Shown here: positions 41,838 to 50,260 of the stretch, in pieces
Layout of the letters: every line of letters starts with the position of its first letter
How positions within the stretch are numbered: position 1 is the stretch's first letter
DNA from: a virus
Length of the DNA: 64,000 nucleotides
Virus record (IMG/VR): IMGVR_UViG_3300045988_170206
Coordinates: 64,001-128,000 of that record
Strand: one strand, 5' to 3'
Translations under genes and position numbers: made by a program
Notes under the pieces: generated by a model
The model's database searches: none
Seen by the model: the letters and a program-made list of their open reading frames with translations, nothing else
Told to the model about the DNA's origin: nothing

Positions 41838-42369
41838 AGTCCTCCGCAAGTCAAAGAAGTGGGATGACCTCGCCCCGCGCATCATGGCTTACGCCAAGCT
41901 CCTCAAGGACAGGGTGAAGAACGCCGAGGGCCCCGTCAAGACGTACATTCTCGAAAACCTGGACGAGCGGTTCCCGGCAGTCGCACAGAAGGGCGGCTAC
42001 AAGATTGATGCCGATGTCCACGGTGACTCCGGCACGCTCTCCTACCGCAAGCCCTCTCGCAAGCCGGGAACCGGCCTCAAGATCGTGGATGCCCTCGCAT
42101 TCATGGCTTGGTGCGAGGAGAACGGTATCGAGCACAACGCTCAGCCGACCGTCACGTTCCCCGAGGAGTTCGTGACTCAGGAGAACCTAGCCAAGCTCAT
42201 CGAACAGGCCGGTGGCGTGATGCCTGACGGCATGGATGACGACACCACGCTCAACGCAGCGACCCTCACGGTTCGCATGAGTGAAGAACAGGCCAAGCAC
42301 CTCGTGGACGATAAGCTCACCGTCCGCAAGCTCCTCGAGATGCTGGAACTCAAGGAAGACCTCGCCTGA
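41815..42369 (+). CDS. hypothetical protein upstream of RecT (184 aa)
   Basis: ORF 41710.. trimmed to the ATG at 41815 (MAAKKEVKVL...). Its position immediately 5' of recT suggests a recombination accessory protein. No motif was verified. Confidence 0.6.
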   Translation: MAAKKEVKVLRKSKKWDDLAPRIMAYAKLLKDRVKNAEGPVKTYILENLDERFPAVAQKGGYKIDADVHGDSGTLSYRKPSRKPGTGLKIVDALAFMAWCEENGIEHNAQPTVTFPEEFVTQENLAKLIEQAGGVMPDGMDDDTTLNAATLTVRMSEEQAKHLVDDKLTVRKLLEMLELKEDLA

Positions 42370-42401
42370 CACCCCTCAACATGTAGAGAAAGGTTACCTA
42401 C

Positions 42402-44072
42402 ATGACCCCCAAGGCAAACGACGCGCAGCCTGTCGCCAAGAAGGCTGCATCCAAGACCCGCACGACCAAGGCCACTGAGAAGGCTGAGGAAACCACCGTC
42501 GTCTCGTATGAGATGCCCGGCTACAAGGCGCTCAGTGAGGAGGAAATGCGCCGCGACTTGGCCGAAGCTGGCATCTACGCCCAGGCGCACGCGCTCGTGC
42601 CTTATCAGATGCGAGGAAATACGGGTGACATGTATCTGCTCATGCAGATCGCCAAGCACCTGAACATCCCCCTCATCACCGCCCTGCGTGGCCTGTCGTT
42701 CATCGGCGACAAGGACGTGAAGCCTGCAATGACGGCGCAGCTCATGTCCGCGCTCGTCCGCAACGCAGGCCACACGCTCCGCGAACAGTGGGACGCAGAA
42801 ACCAACACGGCCACCGCCACCCTCATCCGCAAGGACGACCCCTCGTTCGAGCACGTCGCCGTTTGGGACGAGGAGAAGGCCCGCGTCGCTGGCCTATGGG
42901 AATCGACCCCCACGTGGGTCCAGTACCCGAAGGCCATGCTCACCGCCCGCGCCATGAGCGAGGTGTGCCGCCATGCGGCCTCCGAAGTGCTCCTGGGGTT
43001 CAGCTACGTGCCCGAAGAGTTCCAGACCGCTGAGTCGGCCTCGCGTGTCCTGGATATGCGTGAGCAGGTGAAGCACGACATGACCCGACTGAACCTGTCG
43101 AACGAGAAGGTCGCCGAAGTCCTCGACGGCGTGACCCTCCCCGGTATTCCCATCGCCCTCATGACTCCGCGAGAGCTGGAGGAAATCAACGCCCGTATCG
43201 GCGTGATCGAGTACGAGCGCGACAAGGACAAGATCGACGAGGTGCGTGAGCGCATCCAGAAGGGCCGTGACAAGCTGAACCTGAGCGAAGGCGCGTTCGC
43301 TGAGATCGTGCGCCGCAACGTGCGCCCCGGCAGGGGATACGACACTATGAACTTGCGTGAGGCTGAGCAGGTGCTTGACGTGCTCCTGCGCCAGGCGAAG
43401 AAGTCGGGTATCCGTTCCGGCCAGCGTCAGGCTCAGCCTGCCCCGCAGGCCCATGCTCCGCAGCCGCCCGCGCCTCAGCAGCAGGCTCCCGCGCAGCCTT
43501 ACCAGAGCCCGCAGCAGCCTCACCCGCAGGCACAGCAGGGATACACCCAGCACATGCCCACACAGCCCCAGCAGGCCCCCCAGCAGCGCCCAGAACCGGC
43601 CAGCCAGCCCCAACCAGCCCCGGCCCCCACGCAGGAGTCCTACGGCCTCTACGACGAGTCTCAGCGCCCCGAACAGTACCCGCCGCTCGGCTCCCAGAAT
43701 CCGCAGGGCACCTCTGGCCCCATGGCGATGATCCAGCGCACCATGAAGGAGCAGGGTGTCCCCATGGATGAACTGCCCATCGTCCTCTCCTACATCTTCG
43801 GCGAAGATAAGCGTGCAGATGTGGATAACGTGGATGCGCTGACCATGAATGACATGACCACCGTCCTCGACGGTATCCAGCGTTACGCAGCGGAATCCGG
43901 GCCCCTCTCGGAACCCACCGCTGAACTCCCCTTTGACGGCGATGCGCCCGCCGACAACATGGAGGATCTGGAAGAGTCCTACAGCGAGAACGGGGGCGAG
44001 GTGAACGATGACCCTGAAACGTGGAACGAAGGCTGGCCGGAAACGGCAAAGCCCGGCGGCGGCGCGAACTAG
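42402..44072 (+). CDS. recT: RecT-family single-strand annealing protein with a ~250-aa C-terminal extension
   Basis: The core (LVPYQMRGNTGDMYLLMQIAKHLNIPLITALRGLSFI...WDEEKARVAGLW...WVQYPKAMLTARAMSEVCR) is RecT-like. It is followed by helical repeats and a Q/P-rich tract. Confidence 0.7.
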   Translation: MTPKANDAQPVAKKAASKTRTTKATEKAEETTVVSYEMPGYKALSEEEMRRDLAEAGIYAQAHALVPYQMRGNTGDMYLLMQIAKHLNIPLITALRGLSFIGDKDVKPAMTAQLMSALVRNAGHTLREQWDAETNTATATLIRKDDPSFEHVAVWDEEKARVAGLWESTPTWVQYPKAMLTARAMSEVCRHAASEVLLGFSYVPEEFQTAESASRVLDMREQVKHDMTRLNLSNEKVAEVLDGVTLPGIPIALMTPRELEEINARIGVIEYERDKDKIDEVRERIQKGRDKLNLSEGAFAEIVRRNVRPGRGYDTMNLREAEQVLDVLLRQAKKSGIRSGQRQAQPAPQAHAPQPPAPQQQAPAQPYQSPQQPHPQAQQGYTQHMPTQPQQAPQQRPEPASQPQPAPAPTQESYGLYDESQRPEQYPPLGSQNPQGTSGPMAMIQRTMKEQGVPMDELPIVLSYIFGEDKRADVDNVDALTMNDMTTVLDGIQRYAAESGPLSEPTAELPFDGDAPADNMEDLEESYSENGGEVNDDPETWNEGWPETAKPGGGAN

Positions 44073-44418
44073 CACCGGCCCCACCCAGCAAACCCGCGAA
44101 CTCATCTACGGGCGCGACATGTGGCGGTGCGCCCGATGCGGAAAGGATGTCACCTACATCCAATCCAGCATCCAGCACCGCAAAGCCCGCGGCATGGGCG
44201 GCACAAACGACCCGTCGATCAACAGCCCCGCTAACCTCATCGTCCTATGCGGTTCCGGCACCACGGGATGCCACGGCCACGTCGAGGTGAACAGGCGCGA
44301 AGCCCGTAACTACGGGTGGGCGGTCTCCCAATACGCAGACCCCCACGACGTGCCCGTCCACTACAAGGACGGCCTGTTCATCCTCGACGACACCGGCCAC
44401 CGAATCCCCACCACATAA
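44008..44418 (+). CDS. HNH endonuclease
   Basis: CARCGKDV...IQHRKARGMGGT...NLIVLCGSGTTGCHGHVE is an HNH motif. The start is uncertain (ATG 44008 overlaps the recT 3' end; ATG 44119 is too late to include RELIYGRD). Confidence 0.7.
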   Translation: MTLKRGTKAGRKRQSPAAARTSTGPTQQTRELIYGRDMWRCARCGKDVTYIQSSIQHRKARGMGGTNDPSINSPANLIVLCGSGTTGCHGHVEVNRREARNYGWAVSQYADPHDVPVHYKDGLFILDDTGHRIPTT

Positions 44419-44454
44419 CCACACACGCGACCACCACCTGAAAGGGGTGAACTC

Positions 44455-44763
44455 ATGTCCAAGCGACTCTACGTCGCCCTACCTCGCGACTACACGCACG
44501 AGAACTCCTGTGCAGACGGGGATACGCGCATCGCTTTTCTTTACCTTGAACTCCTCGGCTATGAACTGGTCAAACCAGCGGATAGCGACACGAATGGAGC
44601 GGATCCCCTGCGCATGTTGTTGCAGTGCGATGGCGTTCTCATCATGCCCGGCTGGGACACCGATCCCATGAGCGCTCACGCCGCCACTATCGCCCAATAC
44701 CACGGTATCCCCGTGGGCTCATACGACCACTGGTCCGCTCACCCCGTAGAAGAGGGTCAGTGA
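44455..44763 (+). CDS. DUF4406 / nucleoside 2-deoxyribosyltransferase-like protein
   Basis: QCDGVLIMPGWDTDPMSAHAATIAQYHGIPV fits the D.v..lpGW..S.G...E...A...G.PV pattern of that family. The N-terminal motif is weak. Confidence 0.4.
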   Translation: MSKRLYVALPRDYTHENSCADGDTRIAFLYLELLGYELVKPADSDTNGADPLRMLLQCDGVLIMPGWDTDPMSAHAATIAQYHGIPVGSYDHWSAHPVEEGQ

Positions 44764-45248
44764 TGAGCTTCAACGACCAGGACAACGGAGCGCTCAGCTC
44801 TCTCGTCATGCCCGAAGCGTGGACCGAGAGGGGCGCGTGCGCGCGAGCCCTCAACCCTGACGCTTGGTTCCCCGAGCGCGGAATCAGCGATAACCGCGAA
44901 ACCGCCCTCGCCCTGAGAGTGTGCGCCGACTGCCCCGTCAAGGATCTGTGCCTCAAGGAAGCGCTCGCTCAGGGCCCCTCCTGCGAGGGAATCTGGGGCG
45001 GCACCACGCACGCCGAGCGTCGCAAGATGCTCCGCATGGGCTGCACAACCCTCGAGGAGTACAAGGCCCTCACTGAGCCGAAGACCGAGGAACCCGCCCA
45101 GGCCCCCGCCCAGCCCGAGCAGGACACGCCCACCGTTGAACCTGCCGCCCCCGTGAAGGACAAGACCACAACCTTCCCCGACATCCTCTCGGAGGTGATG
45201 CAACTGCCTGGGAACTACACAATCGGAAGCCTGTTCTCGGGCTATTAA
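44763..45248 (+). CDS. whiB: WhiB-family Fe-S transcription factor with an atypically long C-terminal tail that runs into methyltransferase motif I
   Basis: C-x(n)-C-x2-C-x5-C (GACARA...VCADCPVKDLC) plus GIWGG. The ATG at 44763 overlaps the previous TGA. The ORF has no stop until 45246-45248. Confidence 0.8.
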   Translation: MSFNDQDNGALSSLVMPEAWTERGACARALNPDAWFPERGISDNRETALALRVCADCPVKDLCLKEALAQGPSCEGIWGGTTHAERRKMLRMGCTTLEEYKALTEPKTEEPAQAPAQPEQDTPTVEPAAPVKDKTTTFPDILSEVMQLPGNYTIGSLFSGY

Positions 45249-46501
45249 CGGTGGCCTCGACCTCGGCGTACAACTCGCCCTCGGCCCTGCACGCCTCGCA
45301 TGGGTGAGCGACATCGAACCCGGTCCCCAAGCCATCCTCGCCCACCATCACCCCGACGTGCCCAACCTCGGTGACATCACGCGAATCGACTAGCCAGGTC
45401 GAACCTGTAGACGTGATCTGCGGCGGCTCACCCTGCACCGACCTCTCACTCGCCGGCGCTCGAGCTGGCATGACCAAGGACACCCGCTCAGGCCTATGGG
45501 AGTCCATGTTCCACGCAATCACCGCTATCCGCCCCAGGCTAGTCGTCTGGGAAAACGTGCAAGGAGCTCTAAGTGCATCAGCTTTTAGCCTCATGGAACC
45601 CGGAACGGGACATCTGGGAGGACGGACAACCGGACCTGTTCTCCGAGCACTCGGGCGTGTACTCGGAGACCTTGCCTCCATCGGGTATGACGCGACGTGG
45701 ACAGTTGTTCAGGCTTCCGACGTTGGAGCGCCCCACAAGCGGGCCCGAGTCTTCGTTGTTGCTCACCCCCACGGCGAACCTTGGCTCGAACGGTGGGAGC
45801 CAGCCACCCGAGAAGCGCCGGGAGGGCGGTCATGGTCCGACGTTAGCGGACGTGATCGAACACCTCGAACCCTGATCCCCACGCCAACCGCATCAGACTG
45901 GAAGGGCGGCTACCACCAGGAGGGGAAGGGGATGAGCCTGTCTCAGGCAACCAAGCTCCTCCCCACTCCCGTCGCCCAGGCCCCAGGGAACACCGCCGAA
46001 GCCCACCTACGGAAGAAGCCGGGCCGCACGCAAGTCACCGACTTGGGCATCATTGCCCGTGAAGGCCTCTTCACGACCGGAGGGAACCTTCTGCCCACCC
46101 CACAGGCCACCAACGCCACCTACTCATCCAACGGCTACGGCCCCAACCTGCACGAAACAGCAGGAACCCTACGCGACAGTTTCGGCCCCTACGCGCCAGT
46201 CGTCGCCCACTGGGAAACCATCACCGGGCGCGCAGCTCCAGCTCCGACAGAACCCCCTCTACGCGAGGGCGGCAAGCCCCGCCTGTCTGTCCGCTTCGTC
46301 GAATGGCTCATGGGACTCCCCGACGGCCATGTCACGGGCGTAGGCCTCTCCCGCGAGAAAACCCTGCGCGCCCTCGGTAACGGGGTCGTCCCCCTGCAAG
46401 CAGCCGAAGGCATCCTGCGAGCCCTTCAACAAGAACGCCAAGTCGCCCTCGAGGAAGGCTGGCCCGAATATGCGCAACCAACCAGCAAGGAACAGGCATG
46501 A
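45198..46501 (+). pseudogene. C5 cytosine DNA methyltransferase split over three reading frames
   Basis: Motif I start MQLPGNYTIGSLFSGY lies in the whiB frame up to TAA 45246. NGGLDLGV...WVSDIEPG...PNLGDITRID lies in the next frame up to TAG 45391. SQVEPVDVICGGSPCTDLS (IV), VVWENV (VI), GYDATW..DVGAPHKRARVF (VIII), LLPTP repeats and RALGNGVVPLQA (X) lie in ORF 45371..46501. Confidence 0.8.
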
Positions 46502-46797
46502 ATGCCACTGCGTACATCACTACACGAAACCACGAAACCGACGCAGCTTACCTCAATGCCCAAGGCCTCCGCGTCACCATCGAAACAAACCCAGACGGAA
46601 CGCCATTCCTTGCGCTCGCAGTGCCGCGTGGACACCTGCGCGAACACCTGCACTACTTGAATCCGGGCGACGCGCTCATCTGGAACCCCGACCACAAGCC
46701 GATCTCCGCCGCCGTCGTACCAGAACCCCTCGTGACAGCACTCACGGAGCACATCTCCTCACTCATCTCAGCAGCAACCAAGAAGCACTGCCGATGA
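46498..46797 (+). CDS. hypothetical protein (99 aa)
   Basis: ATGA overlaps at both ends. Ordinary composition. Confidence 0.55.
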   Translation: MNATAYITTRNHETDAAYLNAQGLRVTIETNPDGTPFLALAVPRGHLREHLHYLNPGDALIWNPDHKPISAAVVPEPLVTALTEHISSLISAATKKHCR

Positions 46798-47264
46798 ACG
46801 CCGAAGACATCCTCAACGCCCTACGCCGCCACTACCCGACAGCGGCGTTTGTTCCCGAGCTCACCATCAATGACGAGCAGTCTCTCGCGGACTACTACGA
46901 ACAGGGTGAGCATGAGGCATTCACTCGCCGCATCGACGCGCTCATGTTCGACAAGCGCATCCGCACGGCCATCGAGATCAAGGTGGACCGAGCCGACGCG
47001 AAGAGAGAAAGCCTCGCCAAGGTCCGTGCCTGGCGGCAATGCACGCACAGGTTCCTCTACGCCACGCCGGCAGGCCTCATCGACAGCCCTCCCATCATGA
47101 GCGGATCAATCGGCCTCCTCTGGGTCTACCCAGACGGGCGCATTGAGTGGCGCAAAAAGTGCCGCCTCAACCCCTCCCCAGAACCGCTACCCCTGATCGT
47201 TCAAGAACGCATCGCGCACCGAGCCAGTCGCTACGCCCTCGTCCCCAAGGATCTACGTCCATGA
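46794..47264 (+). CDS. PD-(D/E)XK nuclease-fold (MmcB-like) protein
   Basis: RRIDALMFDKRIRTAIEIKVDRADAKRE gives a D...E-x-K arrangement. ORF 46470.. trimmed to the ATG at 46794 (ATGA overlap). Confidence 0.5.
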   Translation: MNAEDILNALRRHYPTAAFVPELTINDEQSLADYYEQGEHEAFTRRIDALMFDKRIRTAIEIKVDRADAKRESLAKVRAWRQCTHRFLYATPAGLIDSPPIMSGSIGLLWVYPDGRIEWRKKCRLNPSPEPLPLIVQERIAHRASRYALVPKDLRP

Positions 47265-47509
47265 CCTTCAACCCGCGAATCACACAAGCCCTACGCCCAG
47301 CCGAAGATGGGACCATGAAGCGCAAGAAGAAGCTCCGCTGGGGCAAGACCAGCTGGTGCGTGAAGCCTCCCCGCAAGATCCGGTACCGCACCAAGCTCGA
47401 CGCGAAGCTCGCCCTCGCCTCCACGCAGCGCTCACGCAACCCGCGACGCGAAGAACGCCGCTACTACAAGTGCCCAGCGTGCAAGGGTTGGCACCTCACC
47501 TCACACTGA
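47261..47509 (+). CDS. small basic protein with C-terminal CPxCxGWHLTS motif (82 aa)
   Basis: ORF 47147.. trimmed to the ATG at 47261 (ATGA overlap). Lys/Arg-rich, ending in YYKCPACKGWHLTSH. Confidence 0.5.
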   Translation: MTFNPRITQALRPAEDGTMKRKKKLRWGKTSWCVKPPRKIRYRTKLDAKLALASTQRSRNPRREERRYYKCPACKGWHLTSH

Positions 47510-47542
47510 CTACCGCACGGTAATAAACAGTGACACTTTGAG

Positions 47543-47581
47543 CGCTTGGGTCTCGTTCTCCACGGGGGCTAGACCCAAGCG
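47543..47581 (+). terminator. hairpin CGCTTGGGTCT ... AGACCCAAGCG
   Basis: 11-bp perfect stem with a 17-nt loop, 34 nt after the stop at 47509. An AT-richer intergenic region follows. Confidence 0.55.
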
Positions 47582-47825
47582 AAGCGAGTCGCATAGTGTA
47601 TAACGCTTGCCCAAAAGGGTTGATATATAGCCGAAAGGTGCACTTTGGAGAACATGTTCCTATGTCCTGGTTTAGGTTCGCGCACTATGGTATCCCATTT
47701 GGCGTGAGGTAAGCATAAATGCACTGTGACCCACTTAACCAAACATGGGGATAATGTGCCCCCAAAACAGTGGTACCGTTGCCACAACAAACCATCCATG
47801 CAGACACGCAGAAAGGAACGTCGCC

Positions 47826-48455
47826 ATGGAACAGAACCAGATCCTCGGATACCTCGGGGGCCTTTTTCAAAAGAACGCGCCGATCACCGACGAGGTGTTC
47901 GGCGCACTCAAGGGGTGCCTGACCCCCTACAACGTCGGCGAAAACACGAAGGTGTCCGGCGACACCGTGCGTATCCGCGCCGCCATCGACTCCCTCGGCT
48001 TCCGCCACGGCATCAACCTCGACGCATACGTCGAATACCAGGAGAATGAGGGAGAAGCACCCACTGTCTTCCTCACCATCGAGTCCGAAGACGGTCACTT
48101 CTCATCTCGACATTCCAAGCTGACCTTCAAGATCAACGAGACCGGCTACGCGAACACTATCCTTGAGTGTTCCAGCCGCAACGGGGAAGGCTGGCACGCA
48201 TACCAGATCCCCACCATGCTCGGCGTGGGTGCAGCGTACTACGCGCTCCTCTCGTGGGAGGCGTACCAGGGCATTAAGACAGGTCGTCTCGAAGCAGTCG
48301 TACCCGAGGACGACTGGAGTAGCTACCTCGAAGACTTTCCCGAGGTTGAAAACGATGAGCGCACAGAGGAAGAATGCCTCACCTCGGCGCTCATGCTCCT
48401 GGCCCAGAACGCCGAAGAAGTCAGCGACGAGGATGACGAAGAGGGGGACGAGTGA
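47826..48455 (+). CDS. hypothetical acidic-tailed protein (209 aa)
   Basis: ORF 47745.. trimmed to the ATG at 47826, after GAAAGGAA. The C-terminus is EEVSDEDDEEGDE. Confidence 0.6.
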   Translation: MEQNQILGYLGGLFQKNAPITDEVFGALKGCLTPYNVGENTKVSGDTVRIRAAIDSLGFRHGINLDAYVEYQENEGEAPTVFLTIESEDGHFSSRHSKLTFKINETGYANTILECSSRNGEGWHAYQIPTMLGVGAAYYALLSWEAYQGIKTGRLEAVVPEDDWSSYLEDFPEVENDERTEEECLTSALMLLAQNAEEVSDEDDEEGDE

Positions 48456-48721
48456 ACGCCACCTACTTGCCCCCGACCGACAAGGCCGCATCTTTCGCGT
48501 CGCAGCTCCAGGTCCACTTGGATCAGGTCGCGCGCGTCACTGATCCTCTCGCGCATTTGGAGAACATCTGCATGGGAGAGCTCCGCGCCCTCGACCGACG
48601 CAACGGTCGCGCTTACCTGCACGACGGCTCCGCCATCACTGCTCGCAAGAAGAGCAGGAGCGCTGAGTGGGTCGTCGAAGCACGCGGCCCAATCAAAAAG
48701 AAAGGACAGTTTATCCGATGA
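48452..48721 (+). CDS. hypothetical protein (89 aa)
   Basis: The GTG overlaps the previous stop. Coupled to the next gene. Confidence 0.5.
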   Translation: MNATYLPPTDKAASFASQLQVHLDQVARVTDPLAHLENICMGELRALDRRNGRAYLHDGSAITARKKSRSAEWVVEARGPIKKKGQFIR

Positions 48722-49155
48722 GCTACAACCAGTACATCTCGGACGTAACGTTCGAGGCGGGTGACCTCTCCAAGGCGACCTTCACGCGAGACGACGAGGA
48801 GATGTTCGAGCAGTGGCTCATCAACTACATCGCTACCCGCGACGAGCTCAGTAAACAGGGATATAGGGGCGACATTTACCTGATGTTCGCCTGGAACTTC
48901 ACCTACGGCCCTGACGGGCAACTCGTAGGCTTGTCAGCCCATTTCCCCTGGGATGACAATTACGTCCCTAGCTTCTTCCCTATCGAGCTGGAGGGAACCA
49001 GCCTGTTCTTCCGTGAGCGCGGCGTGCGCTTCAAGCTGGTCTTCAACAAGGCCGGCGAAGAGGGAGATGACCTCTGGCAGATCACCACCACCCACGGCGG
49101 CGTGTGGGCGGCTCGCGGGAAGATCGTCTACGGCAAGCGTGAGCGCATTGCCTAA
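48718..49155 (+). CDS. hypothetical protein (145 aa)
   Basis: ORF 48667.. trimmed to the ATG at 48718 (ATGA overlap). Confidence 0.55.
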   Translation: MSYNQYISDVTFEAGDLSKATFTRDDEEMFEQWLINYIATRDELSKQGYRGDIYLMFAWNFTYGPDGQLVGLSAHFPWDDNYVPSFFPIELEGTSLFFRERGVRFKLVFNKAGEEGDDLWQITTTHGGVWAARGKIVYGKRERIA

Positions 49156-49159
49156 GTCG

Positions 49160-49612
49160 ATGTCGATAACGGTGTGGGTGCCGGGTAAGCCTGAGACTCA
49201 GGGCTCTACCCGGTGCTTTACTCCCCAAGGGTCACGCAAGCCGGTCATCGTTCACGACAACCCCCGGCTCGGAGCGTGGCGCACTGCCGTCACCTTCCTT
49301 GTCAAGCACGCCGCCCACAAGGCCCGCTGGGACACGCCCCTGGACGAGCCAGTCGAGGTGGTCGCTGAGTTCTACCTCCAACCTCCTAAACGACCACGGT
49401 TCGAACTCCCCGCAGTTAAACCCGACCTCGACAAGCTCCAGCGAGCAATTGGCGACGCTCTCGGCAACGGGATACTCAAAGACGACAGCCGTATCGTCCA
49501 CTGGAACGTGTGGAAGTACTACGGCACAGAACAGGGCGTGAAACTCACGCTCACACGACTCACCCAGAAAGAAGTCACCAGACTCGCTCAGGAAGGAGAA
49601 GATGACCAATGA
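49160..49612 (+). CDS. rusA: RusA-family Holliday junction resolvase
   Basis: ITVWVPGKPETQGSTR...VKPDLDKLQRAIGDALGNGILKDDSRIV matches the RusA PDxDNxxK...DD pattern. ORF 48953.. trimmed to the ATG at 49160. Confidence 0.75.
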   Translation: MSITVWVPGKPETQGSTRCFTPQGSRKPVIVHDNPRLGAWRTAVTFLVKHAAHKARWDTPLDEPVEVVAEFYLQPPKRPRFELPAVKPDLDKLQRAIGDALGNGILKDDSRIVHWNVWKYYGTEQGVKLTLTRLTQKEVTRLAQEGEDDQ

Positions 49613-49974
49613 TGAAGACAGCGAAAATGACGCTGCGTAGCATCCTGTGCGCCGCCCTGTTCGCCCTCGGAACAGTCTCCACGCTCGCGTGGCTCATCGG
49701 CTTCGGCAGCGGCCTCGTAGCCTTGTGCGCAGCACTGCTATACCCCTCCCTCGTCGTCGATGCGGCACTCCCGCTCCTTGGAGCTGGGGCCGTCAGCTTC
49801 GCCGCTAGGGGCATCTCCATCTTCGGCTTGCGCCTCATGACCCCGAACGACAAGCGCCAATCCCTCCGAACCGACCTCATCGGATGGATCGGCTTCGTCG
49901 ATGACGAAACCTTGCGTATGACGCTAGATGCAGGAAAGGAAGTGCCAAATGGGTACGCGAAGACCACCAACTGA
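49609..49974 (+). CDS. membrane protein (121 aa)
   Basis: ATGA overlap. It has three hydrophobic segments. Confidence 0.55.
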   Translation: MMKTAKMTLRSILCAALFALGTVSTLAWLIGFGSGLVALCAALLYPSLVVDAALPLLGAGAVSFAARGISIFGLRLMTPNDKRQSLRTDLIGWIGFVDDETLRMTLDAGKEVPNGYAKTTN

Positions 49975-50260
49975 CCAGCCGCGCCCCTGCCAGCTCAGAC
50001 GAACCCCCGAAGCCATGCAGGTCACCAGCGACAACCTGCGCCAGGTAGCCCGATGGTGCCACGGCGCTCTACAAACCGAGGGCGGCAAGATCGCCCTCAT
50101 CGAGGTCACAAACACCATCACCTCACACACGACCATCGCCCACGTCGGCGACTACATCGTGCGCCGATACCGCGGCAACCGATCCATTTTCACCGCCATT
50201 CCGTGCGACGAGTTCGAGCAGGAATGGACCCTACGACCCATCAAGAAGGAACCCCGATGA
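49949..50260 (+). CDS. hypothetical protein (103 aa), distant paralog of 50729..51016
   Basis: ATG at 49949 after GAAAGGAAG. NLRQVARWCHG...HVGDYIVR...EFEQEW parallels TLEAVAEWCGG...PVGSYLLR...EFNKVY. Confidence 0.5.
   Translation: MGTRRPPTDQPRPCQLRRTPEAMQVTSDNLRQVARWCHGALQTEGGKIALIEVTNTITSHTTIAHVGDYIVRRYRGNRSIFTAIPCDEFEQEWTLRPIKKEPR

Noticed and set aside
42894-44178. Long minus-strand ORFs (403 aa and 277 aa) opposite recT
   Set aside because: The translations are Arg/Gly/Leu/Pro-rich low-complexity sequence. The plus strand carries a recognisable RecT core, so these are GC-driven shadow ORFs.
45573-45875. Annotating the alternative-frame ORF inside the methyltransferase as an independent gene
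   Set aside because: It has no SD, starts at a GTG directly after an in-frame TAA, and lies wholly inside conserved MTase motifs of another frame. I reported it as an anomaly to test, not as a feature.
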